Shown here piece after piece: positions 16,576 through 24,106 of a DNA stretch of 41,475 bases. Within the stretch, counting starts at the first letter, position 1, and the number at the start of each line of letters is the position of its first letter. The stretch comes from Bryobacterales bacterium (GTDB taxonomy: Bacteria; Acidobacteriota; Terriglobia; Bryobacterales; Bryobacteraceae), in assembly GCA_003154855.1 (NCBI GenBank), contig PMEV01000105.1, forward strand, positions 10,873-52,347, in the 5' to 3' direction. The notes under the pieces are model-generated. The model saw nothing but the letters and a program-made list of their open reading frames with translations, made no database searches and was not told the origin of the DNA. The position numbers were made by a program, and so were the translations under genes.

Positions 16576-18171
16576 TCACATGGACTCGTCGATCAGGAAT
16601 TCCCGGGAATCGACCAGCATCATCATCAGCATTCCACCGGGAAAGACGTTGTTGGTAGTGATTTCGCGCTCGTTGTGCGAGTGCCACATATACGCATAGC
16701 CCCGCTCGTTTGCGGGGTTGGCCTGCGAGTTCGAAGGTTGAAAGACGCTCAGCGGCCCTGTCGCGCGCACCGTCGCATCCGGACCCAGATAGGGACTGCC
16801 GTTGTACCAGGGGCCGTTCGTGAAAATGTTCGCATCGGGCAAAGTGATCGGGCCGCCGCTCTCGACATCCCCGAAGGGAGAGGCTTGGATCGGCTTGTTG
16901 TGGTCCTGGCACCACTCGAAATAGTTGATCGCGCTCACCGGCGCCGGCGGCGAGCTATTCACCGTGTAGTAGCCGTTGGTGTCCGGAACGCAGGCGACGT
17001 TGGCGAGCGGGTCGCTGGATGTGGGATTGTGACCGTACATATCCCAGTTCAGGCCCTTGCCGGTGACGTAGAAGAGACCGTCGAAGGCTTGGCCCGGAGT
17101 CGTGTCGGTAGTGAACATCAAAAGCCCGGCGAGAAGGGTCGGATCGCTCTGGCTGAGGAGCAGGTTCGCGTCGCGCGCCAGAATGCGCACATGGTTGGCG
17201 TGCTCGTGGAACGGATGCTGCCACCGGCCTTGGCCGATGACCCGTATCAGCGTGATTTCACCTGGATGCATGTGCGGATTGCCGTTGTAGGGCTGGTGCG
17301 GATACTCGGCCCCATAGTTGGCATCCATCAGGTCCGGCATCGCACGTCCATTAATCAGGTAGTACGCGGGATGGTACGGCTCGGTCGGGACTTCCAGACT
17401 GCAGCCCTGCGCCCCGGCCGTGCAACCTAGCGTCGCAGCGACCTGCAGCCGCGCCTGATTGTGGATGACCGGATCCATCTCGGCGAACTGGAACAGGTAT
17501 TCACGGTCGTAGCAGGTCTTGGCGTGGTCGTAAGCGGCCTGCGACAGCCGGAAGTCCTTTTCGCCATGGGCCGCCTCCACCTGCGTGTTCGCGAGAGGCA
17601 ACCCGCTGGTGCAGGCGGTGGGAACGCTGCTCGGGAGCACAATGATCGCGCCATAGAGGCCCATTTCGACCTGCAGGTCGCCTTGCGTTCCGCTGTAATA
17701 GGAGCGGGTCCCCGGCGAGGAGGCGGTGAAGGAATAGGTCACCGTCCCTCCAGGCGCAGCCTCCTGCGTCAGCAGCCCGATTACACCGCCCGTCGTGGTC
17801 ACCTTAAAGCCAGGAAACAAAATCGACGTGTTGCCGGCCGAAGTGGGGAGATTGTTGGTCAACTGCACTGTGACCGTTTGTCCCTCCGTCACGATCAGCG
17901 TGGGTCCGGGAACTTGCATGGTCGGGCAGGTCGCGGTAGTAATCGCCGAGGGGGCAAAGCCGCTCGGCGTGCCGTTGCAGCCGTAGCCCCACGAGTAGAT
18001 CGCCGACCCGTCCGGCGTGTTCAGGTAAGCGGTTTGCGCCGTCAGCTTGAAGTTCGGCCCGGTGATGCCGGGAGCCGCCGCGAAAGCCGTCGCCGCCAAC
18101 AGCATCAGTGCCGCCGCCGCCGGGATCGGCCGCCAATTCGAGATCGCTTTAGTCATGTTCGTCGCCCTCAT
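16576..18171 (-). CDS. Multicopper-oxidase-family protein B (two cupredoxin domains). HxxHxH and HSH motifs occur only in the C-terminal domain, and there is no T1 cysteine
   Basis: Signal peptide ..LLAATAFAAAPG. WQHPFHEHANH (H319/H322/H324, nt 17200-17217) and YMWHSHNERE...GGM (H497-S-H499, nt 16675-16683). The N-terminal domain has ILFPGF and SYYSGTQ where HxHG and WYHSH would be. GGAGAG lies 5 nt upstream of the ATG, which is 10 nt after the upstream stop. Confidence 0.85.
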   Translation of the reverse strand: MRATNMTKAISNWRPIPAAAALMLLAATAFAAAPGITGPNFKLTAQTAYLNTPDGSAIYSWGYGCNGTPSGFAPSAITTATCPTMQVPGPTLIVTEGQTVTVQLTNNLPTSAGNTSILFPGFKVTTTGGVIGLLTQEAAPGGTVTYSFTASSPGTRSYYSGTQGDLQVEMGLYGAIIVLPSSVPTACTSGLPLANTQVEAAHGEKDFRLSQAAYDHAKTCYDREYLFQFAEMDPVIHNQARLQVAATLGCTAGAQGCSLEVPTEPYHPAYYLINGRAMPDLMDANYGAEYPHQPYNGNPHMHPGEITLIRVIGQGRWQHPFHEHANHVRILARDANLLLSQSDPTLLAGLLMFTTDTTPGQAFDGLFYVTGKGLNWDMYGHNPTSSDPLANVACVPDTNGYYTVNSSPPAPVSAINYFEWCQDHNKPIQASPFGDVESGGPITLPDANIFTNGPWYNGSPYLGPDATVRATGPLSVFQPSNSQANPANERGYAYMWHSHNEREITTNNVFPGGMLMMMLVDSREFLIDESM

Positions 18172-18181
18172 TGCCGCTCTC

Positions 18182-19798
18182 CTAGTTGATATGCACCTCG
18201 GTCATCAACCCGCCGAAGTTCTCTGCATCGTTGGACAGGTGGTCAAGATTGGGGGTGTAGAGGTAGAACACGCTGCCCGAGGGATACAACGTTGTGTTGC
18301 TGGCATCCAAAATCACGTCCAGCGACTCGCCGCCAGCCAGCGTGATCGAGTTGGTGTTGTAAGCCATGTTGATCCCGGCTTGGTCCCGCAGCAGCTTCGC
18401 GTTGTAGCCGACGACCTTCATCGGAATCCCCAGCGAGGCCAGCGTCTGGTATTCCATCACGTCCAGGTCGGAAATGCGCAGCAGCGCTTTTCCGCCGGCC
18501 GGAATGTTGATGATCGAATCCATCGGCTGCGAGAAATGCCTGTTGGAGTCGGCCGACTCCGTCTGCATCGCGCCGGCCGTCACCGTGTCCGGGTAGCTCC
18601 GCCCGTTCAGCAGGAAGTACTTGTCCTTCATGTCCACAAAGCCTTCCGGGTTGAACGTCATGCCGACGAAGTGGAAATTGGGGTCGAAACCGTGAATCTG
18701 AAGGGGATACTCCACGTCGTAGGCCGTCGAGCCGTCGCCGTCGTTGTAGGCGTACTTGTAGGGCTGGCCCGTCCTCGGGTCGATGCTCTGGTTGACGCTG
18801 TTGGAGGGCGGAAGCGGATTGCTGCACAGCACGTCGGTTGCGGAATTGCAGGCCGTGCGCAGATCGTTCTGTTGCAGCGCCAGGGCGGCCCGGAGGCCGT
18901 TGCCGACCTTGACCCGATTCTGCCGGGGGCGTACATAGAGCTGCCCCACCATGCCCATCTGCAAGTGCTCGGGAGGCGTGATATGGCAGTGCCAGAAGTA
19001 GGTGCCGGCATCGGGCGACAAGTAATAATAAGTGAAGCTGCCCCCGATGTTGATGGCCACCGAGGCGTCCGGTACGCCGTCGTAGAAAGGCGCGGCATTG
19101 GGATAGCCGTGGAAGTGCACCGTGTGCTGTTCGAAGAGGTCCGGGCGCATGATCATGCCCACGTTGGTGAGCGTGAGGAAGAACTCGTCGTCCTCGTCGA
19201 ACGCCATCAAGGGCGCCGGGATGTTGCCGTTCATCACTCCCACGTCCATGATCGGCCGCGGATCCACGTGCCCATCCAGGGGTGCGCCAGCGGTTCCCGA
19301 CCCGTTGTTCGCATCCAGATCGGGCATCAGCCCCACCGCCCCGTTATAGGTGAACGAGCCCGCGCCGAACTTGTTGACCGTGGTGGCGGGATCGCCGGGC
19401 TGCAGCGGGATCGCACCCGGATACACGGTATTGAAGACGTTCGGGAACTCCGTGCCCGGCAAGCCCCTGGACATGTCGTAGAGCCCGGATAACGGTCCGA
19501 AGGAGAACATGAATGTCTGCGTCCCGTCGGCCATCGTCGAGTAACCGTCGCCGCCCGAGATCTGCTGGCACTTGATAGCGCCGTTGACGTTCGACGTCGG
19601 CGTCAGATATCCTTTGGCCCCTACCGTCCAGCCGGTCGGGCCCACGTAGTTGGGTTCTGAATTGTTGTTCGCCGCCACCGGGTGAGTGATGGTGCTGGTT
19701 GGACACTGCACTCTAAACGACTGAGCGGTCGCCGTCAGTGCCGCAACACAGATCAGCGCCACCAGGACCCACGAAATACCCAATCTTCTCGTTCCCAC
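18182..19798 (-). CDS. Multicopper-oxidase-family protein A (two cupredoxin domains). T1 site plus half of the trinuclear-cluster ligands in the N-terminal domain; possible Tat signal
   Basis: GTG start with GGAGGAGG 5 nt upstream. N-terminus MGTRRLGISWVLVALICVAALTATAQS contains a twin arginine. EQHTVHFHG (nt 19109-19126) and FWHCHITPPEHLQMGM (nt 18950-18991). The C-terminal domain motifs are degenerate (YPLQIHG, YLYTPNLDH). Confidence 0.85.
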   Translation of the reverse strand: MGTRRLGISWVLVALICVAALTATAQSFRVQCPTSTITHPVAANNNSEPNYVGPTGWTVGAKGYLTPTSNVNGAIKCQQISGGDGYSTMADGTQTFMFSFGPLSGLYDMSRGLPGTEFPNVFNTVYPGAIPLQPGDPATTVNKFGAGSFTYNGAVGLMPDLDANNGSGTAGAPLDGHVDPRPIMDVGVMNGNIPAPLMAFDEDDEFFLTLTNVGMIMRPDLFEQHTVHFHGYPNAAPFYDGVPDASVAINIGGSFTYYYLSPDAGTYFWHCHITPPEHLQMGMVGQLYVRPRQNRVKVGNGLRAALALQQNDLRTACNSATDVLCSNPLPPSNSVNQSIDPRTGQPYKYAYNDGDGSTAYDVEYPLQIHGFDPNFHFVGMTFNPEGFVDMKDKYFLLNGRSYPDTVTAGAMQTESADSNRHFSQPMDSIINIPAGGKALLRISDLDVMEYQTLASLGIPMKVVGYNAKLLRDQAGINMAYNTNSITLAGGESLDVILDASNTTLYPSGSVFYLYTPNLDHLSNDAENFGGLMTEVHIN

Positions 19799-20037
19799 GC
19801 TTCCTCCTCCGCCGCCGATGGCGTTCCTTTCGTCTCCATTGCCCCGGCGGCCGTTACCTCAAGACCGGGCTAGTTGCCGCCGCACCGTTCCGAATTTCAG
19901 GAAGGGATTCAGCCCCTCGATGACCGGGTACCCCTCGCTCCACGCGATCCCTCTAGCGGGATACTACGCCGGCCGACACCCAACGGTTAAGGTTTTTTCA
20001 CGCTACGGGTATCTTACCGGATTGGTAATTGATGTCT

Positions 20038-20051
20038 TTGCTCCGCAGCAA
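20038..20051 (-). promoter_or_regulatory. Second TTG-N8-CAA palindrome, TTGCT-CCGC-AGCAA (candidate Crp/Fnr-type box, or the core of a hairpin)
   Basis: Part of the perfect 8-bp-stem hairpin GTCTTTGC-TCCGCA-GCAAAGAC (20034-20055). Centre at 20044.5, which is 28.5 nt upstream (minus strand) of TAAGAT (20016-20011). It lies 240 nt upstream of the MCO-A start and 126 nt downstream of the regA stop. Confidence 0.35.
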
Positions 20052-20061
20052 AGACGTGGCG

Positions 20062-20080
20062 CCGGCGGTCTTGCCGCCGG
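20062..20080 (-). terminator. Hairpin downstream of regA (candidate terminator)
   Basis: CCGGCGG-TCTTG-CCGCCGG, a perfect 7-bp GC stem, about 97 nt after the regA stop. It is followed on the minus strand by ..GUCUUUGC. There is no strong U tract. Confidence 0.3.
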
Positions 20081-20176
20081 TGTCTTGCAGGCTTCTCGTC
20101 CGGTTCCCCGGCCCAGCGCAATGCACCAGACTTCGACGCGTTGCACTTCGCAACAGACTGCGCGCGGGAAATTTGG

Positions 20177-20725
20177 CTAGATCGCGGTGGGGTTCTTCCC
20201 AAGTTTGCGTTGCAGCGAGCGGCGGTGCAGGCCGAGCAGCCTGGCCGCCTGGGAGACGTTGCCGCCGCAGTCGGCCATCACGCGTTGGATGTGCTCCCAC
20301 TCCACTCGAGCCAGGCTGGGCACGGTGGAGGGCGGAGGCGCGCTGGCCATGGCGGGATCGCGGGCCACTTCATACGCGGCCAGAATCTGGTCCACGTCGA
20401 CCGGTTTGCTCAGGTATCGGTCCGCTCCCAGGCGCCCGGCCTCCAGGGCTGTGGCCACACTGCCATAGCCGGTGAGCATGACGATGGTCATCGTCGGATC
20501 GGACTCGCGCAAGCTGGGAATGAGACTGAGTCCGGACTCGTTGGCCAGACGCAGATCGACCACCGCCAGGTCCGGCGCCATCTCCCGGGCCATGGCCAGA
20601 GCCGAGCCGATATCCGCGGCGCCTTGCGCCTCCCATCCGCGCAGGCCGAAGGAGCGGCACAATCGTGCGCGGTACACCTCATCGTCGTCCACTACCAGCG
20701 CCGCCGGTTTCTCTTTCTCGGTCAT
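20177..20725 (-). CDS. regA: RegA/PrrA/ActR-type response regulator (REC plus Fis-type HTH)
   Basis: Start moved to the internal ATG at 20725 (MTEKEKPAALVVDDD..), which overlaps the kinase stop as ATGA. REC motifs DLAVVDLRL and YLSKP. C-terminal HTH GNVSQAARLLGLHRRSLQRKL is typical of RegA/ActR. Confidence 0.85.
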   Translation of the reverse strand: MTEKEKPAALVVDDDEVYRARLCRSFGLRGWEAQGAADIGSALAMAREMAPDLAVVDLRLANESGLSLIPSLRESDPTMTIVMLTGYGSVATALEAGRLGADRYLSKPVDVDQILAAYEVARDPAMASAPPPSTVPSLARVEWEHIQRVMADCGGNVSQAARLLGLHRRSLQRKLGKNPTAI

Positions 20726-22020
20726 GGCAGCTCCAGTGGCACCTCGAGCACCGCCAGCGTGCCCGCGCCCGCCTCGGATTCCAGTTGCAGACTGCCGTTG
20801 AGAGTGGCGGCGAAGGCGCTGGCCAGGTAGGAGCCCAGGCCCATGCCGCGCCCCGCGGACTTGGTGCTGAAGAACGGTTCTCCCACACGTTTGAGCGTCT
20901 CGGGAGGCATTCCGCTGCCGAAGTCGCGGACCGAGAAACGCAGCTTGCCGCCCGCGCATTCCGCCGAGAGCTGGACATTCTGGCCGCCGCTGGTGGCATC
21001 CAGGGCGTTTCTTACGAGTGCGGCCAGCGCCTGGCGGGTTGCTTCGGCCGGCAACACCGCCCGCGCATCGGCCGGAACGCTGGTGGCGATTTGGCGCTGT
21101 TCCGCCGGCGCAAAACTCCGCCGGACCTTTTCCAGCAACTCGGCCAGGGCGATGGGCGCGGGGGTCTCGCCGGCCGATTCCGCTCCCTGGGCGCTCATCT
21201 GGCGCAGGATTCCACTGCAGCGATCGACCTCCGCGCGGATCAGACGCGCTTCTCCGGCCACCGCCTCGTCCGGCGCCCCCAGTTCGAGATCGCGCGAGGC
21301 GATGGCGATGGTGGCCAGCGGCGTCCCCAGTTCGTGGGCCGCGCCTGCCGCCAGAGTGACGATCGAGGCCAGCCTCTCATGCCGCGCCAGTTCGTCGCGC
21401 AGCGAAAGGACCTGCTGCTCGCGGTGCCGCAGGGCCTCCGAGACCTTGCCGATGAAGATGGTAATCAGCAGGGCGGCGGCAATGAAGGCAATCCACATCC
21501 CCACCAGGTGAGCGGCGAATCCCTCCTGTGGGTGGTGGCCTTCGAAGACCGGCACGCGCACATGCATCCAGAACAAAAAGCCGAAACCAGCCACCGACAG
21601 GCAGCCCAGTCCCCACGTCCATTGCTTGTTCAGCACCACCGCGGAGAGCGCGATCTGGACCAGATACAGCAAGCTGAAAGGATTCGCCGGTCCTCCGGAG
21701 AGCGCCAGCAGCGCCGTGAGCGCGACCGTGTCGAGAGTCAGCAGCCAGCCCAGCGCGGGCCGCGCGCCGAGCCAGGCGGCAAAGCGGTAAAGCAAAAGGT
21801 TGCTGGCCGCCGTTACAGCCAGGGGGATCGCCAACCAGCCCAGCGGAAGCTGGACATGGAAGACGAAGTACGCCAGCAGGATCAGCGCGGCCTGCCCGCC
21901 CATCGCGCCGTAGCGCAGCCGCGCGATCCAGGGTAGAGCCAGGCTGGGAGCGAGTTCCCCGGCCGGTCGCAGATCGAAATCCGATGGACCGCGACGCCCT
22001 GTCACCGACACCCGCACCAT
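20722..22020 (-). CDS. regB: RegB/PrrB/ActS-type redox-sensing histidine kinase
   Basis: Polytopic N-terminus containing GGPANPF (nt 21676-21696), which fits the GGxxNPF quinone-site heptapeptide. H-box AAGAAHELGTPLATI (His229). Redox-box-like EVDRCSGILRQM (Cys268, nt 21217-21219). G-box GRGMGLG. Confidence 0.85.
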   Translation of the reverse strand: MVRVSVTGRRGPSDFDLRPAGELAPSLALPWIARLRYGAMGGQAALILLAYFVFHVQLPLGWLAIPLAVTAASNLLLYRFAAWLGARPALGWLLTLDTVALTALLALSGGPANPFSLLYLVQIALSAVVLNKQWTWGLGCLSVAGFGFLFWMHVRVPVFEGHHPQEGFAAHLVGMWIAFIAAALLITIFIGKVSEALRHREQQVLSLRDELARHERLASIVTLAAGAAHELGTPLATIAIASRDLELGAPDEAVAGEARLIRAEVDRCSGILRQMSAQGAESAGETPAPIALAELLEKVRRSFAPAEQRQIATSVPADARAVLPAEATRQALAALVRNALDATSGGQNVQLSAECAGGKLRFSVRDFGSGMPPETLKRVGEPFFSTKSAGRGMGLGSYLASAFAATLNGSLQLESEAGAGTLAVLEVPLELP

Positions 22021-22028
22021 GGTGATCC

Positions 22029-22034
22029 ATTATA
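22029..22034 (-). promoter_or_regulatory. Perfect TATAAT hexamer 8 nt upstream of the regB ATG (possible leaderless or near-leaderless promoter)
   Basis: Minus strand reads CCCGTCTATAATGGATCACC-ATG. There is no Shine-Dalgarno and no convincing -35. Confidence 0.25.
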
Positions 22035-22089
22035 GACGGGCTGTCGGAGCAGTTGCGGGTTTGGCTGGGCCGCTTGCCTGGCCCGCCAG

Positions 22090-23643
22090 TCAGGGCGCTG
22101 GCGCCGCTTGAGGTTTGAGCAGGCTGGGAAGCTGCTCGGCTGCACGGCCCAGCCCGCGCGCCAGACTCAGTTTGGCCAGATTGTGGGCGAAGACGCTGTC
22201 GATCAGGTCCAATTGCGCGCTCGAGACCGTTTGCTGCGCTTGCACGACCTCCAGCGTGTTGATCACGCCGGCTTCCATGCGGGCGCGGGTCATCTCCAGG
22301 GTCTCCTGGGCCAGCTCCAGATTCTTGCGCGCCACCTCCACCTGCCCGGCCGCGGCTTCCAGATCCAAATAGGCCTCGCGGACTTGGGCCTCGATCTGCC
22401 CGCGCGTGTCCTCCAACTCCGCCTGGCGCTGCGCCAGCACCGCTTCGGCCTGTGCGATGTCGCCCCCCACTCGCCCGCCTTGCCACAGCGGAACGCTGAG
22501 CGTGCCGACCGCGGTGAAGGCTCCGTGCGATTCCGCCGGGTTGGTGCCAATCACCTGGTAGTCGCCGCTGAACGCGAGCGACGGCAGGCGTTCGCTACGC
22601 GCGGCCGCCAGGGCCTTCGCGGCTGCCTCCACCTGGGATTGGGCGGCTTTGAGGTCGGCGCGCTGCTGTTCGGCCTGGGCCACGGCATCCTCCACACTCG
22701 GAACCGCGGCCGGGCTGAACGGAAAGCTGTCCGTGAGCCGGTAACCAGCGTTGGGCGGGAGCCCGGTGAGTCGCGCCAGGTTGATCTTCTGTTTCGCGAG
22801 GTCGTTGCGCAGCGTGCCGGCCTGCTGTTGTTGCGTCAGCGTCCGTACCTCGCTTTGGTCCACGTTCAGCTTCCCCAGCACGCCCTGCCGGTGCTGTTCG
22901 GTGGATTGATGGAAGACCGCGTTGGCGGTGTCCAGTTGGACTTGCGCGGCGTCCACGCGGGCTTGCGCCGCCAGCGCCTGCAAGTAGGCGCCGCCCACCG
23001 CCAGGGTGATGAGATCGCGCGCATCCTGCAAGCTGTACTGACTGGCCCGGGCGGTGGCCTGGGCCGAGCGGTAGTTGTGGAGCGCGGTCAGGTTCACCAC
23101 CGCCTGGGTCAGGCTGGCCTGGAGGCTGAAGTAGTTGAACGGACCCACTACCGTGGGAATGTGGAAGCCAGGCACGCTGATGCGCACTCCCATCGCGGCC
23201 AGATTGGTCTGCTCCACGGTCTCGCTCAGGCTACCGTTGAGGTTCGGCAGCAGAGCGCTGTGCGCCACTCTCACCTGTGCGCCGGTTTGACGCGCGGCCT
23301 GTGTCAGCCCGACCGCGCCCAGGTTGTAGGCCAGGCCGCGCTCGAGCGCCTCCTGCAGCGACAGCGCGCCGGAAAAGGGCCGGGCCGTGGTGCTGCGCGT
23401 GCTGCCACTGTAAGGCCCCGAGATCTGCACGCTGGGGTTTAGGGTGTTCACGCTGGTGGTGGTCCCCGCCACCGGCAGTTCGGTGGCCCCCACCGAGCCG
23501 CCCTGGTTGTTGCGCCCCGAGGCCGGCAAGACCACCGCGGACGTGCCGCCGCCGGACGAAGACTGCGCCCAGGCGCTGCCCGCGCCCGCCGCGAGCGTCA
23601 AGAGCACAATGCGGCCGAATGGTTTCATGGCAACTCTCGTCAT
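22090..23643 (-). CDS. TolC-family outer-membrane efflux protein
   Basis: Signal peptide MTRVAMKPFGRIVLLTLAAGAGSAWAQ. Two OEP-type repeats (LSLQEALERGLAYNLGA.., AQSQVEAAAKALAAARSERLPSLAFSGDYQ). I chose the start at 23643 because ATGA overlaps the marR stop; ATG 23628 is the alternative. The ORF track extends to 23892. Confidence 0.85.
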   Translation of the reverse strand: MTRVAMKPFGRIVLLTLAAGAGSAWAQSSSGGGTSAVVLPASGRNNQGGSVGATELPVAGTTTSVNTLNPSVQISGPYSGSTRSTTARPFSGALSLQEALERGLAYNLGAVGLTQAARQTGAQVRVAHSALLPNLNGSLSETVEQTNLAAMGVRISVPGFHIPTVVGPFNYFSLQASLTQAVVNLTALHNYRSAQATARASQYSLQDARDLITLAVGGAYLQALAAQARVDAAQVQLDTANAVFHQSTEQHRQGVLGKLNVDQSEVRTLTQQQQAGTLRNDLAKQKINLARLTGLPPNAGYRLTDSFPFSPAAVPSVEDAVAQAEQQRADLKAAQSQVEAAAKALAAARSERLPSLAFSGDYQVIGTNPAESHGAFTAVGTLSVPLWQGGRVGGDIAQAEAVLAQRQAELEDTRGQIEAQVREAYLDLEAAAGQVEVARKNLELAQETLEMTRARMEAGVINTLEVVQAQQTVSSAQLDLIDSVFAHNLAKLSLARGLGRAAEQLPSLLKPQAAPAP

Positions 23644-24104
23644 TTCGAATTCTTTACCAACTTGCGCATGGCGGCCACCAACTGGCGCTGATGAGCCGCG
23701 GAAAGCACCGCCAACTGCCGCGCCTCGGCGCGTTGGGCGCGTGGCAGCGCCCGGGCGAACAAGCGGTCGCCGGCCTCGGTGCGCTGCACCCATTGCATGC
23801 GGCGGTCGCTCGGGTTGCGTTGCCTGTGCAGCCAGCCGCGGCGCTCCAGGTCGTCGAGCACTGCCACCAGCGAGCTGGGATCGATGCCGCACAACCCGGC
23901 GATCTCATGCTGCGAGACGTCGCCGGCGCCCGCGATGGCCAGCAGCCAGAACTCTCTCGTGCGCAGCCCCAGCGGCGCCAGGGCGCGATCCAGACGCCGC
24001 CGCGCTTCCAGCCAGATCTCCCAGTTGCAAAACCACAGTCCGGGCGCAGCCGGCGCCCATGCGGGGCTTACTTTCGTCGAGTTCGTCTTGGCGGCGCGAG
24101 GCAT
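23640..24104 (-). CDS. MarR-family transcriptional regulator embedded in the efflux operon
   Basis: 154 aa starting at the internal ATG 24104 (MPRAAKTNST..). Winged-helix core: LGLRTREFWLLAIAGAGDVSQHEIAGLCGIDPSSLVAVLDDLERRGWLHRQRNPSDRRMQWVQRTEAG. Begins 2 nt after the permease stop. Confidence 0.8.
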   Translation of the reverse strand: MPRAAKTNSTKVSPAWAPAAPGLWFCNWEIWLEARRRLDRALAPLGLRTREFWLLAIAGAGDVSQHEIAGLCGIDPSSLVAVLDDLERRGWLHRQRNPSDRRMQWVQRTEAGDRLFARALPRAQRAEARQLAVLSAAHQRQLVAAMRKLVKNSK

Positions 24105-24106
24105 AA

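Noticed and set aside
20665-23442. Plus-strand ORFs 20665..21936 (423 aa) and 22108..23442 (444 aa), and minus-strand ORF 21377..22486 (369 aa).
   Set aside because: These are antisense or out-of-frame shadows of regB and tolC, which have clear family motifs. The shadows are low-complexity and Arg-rich.
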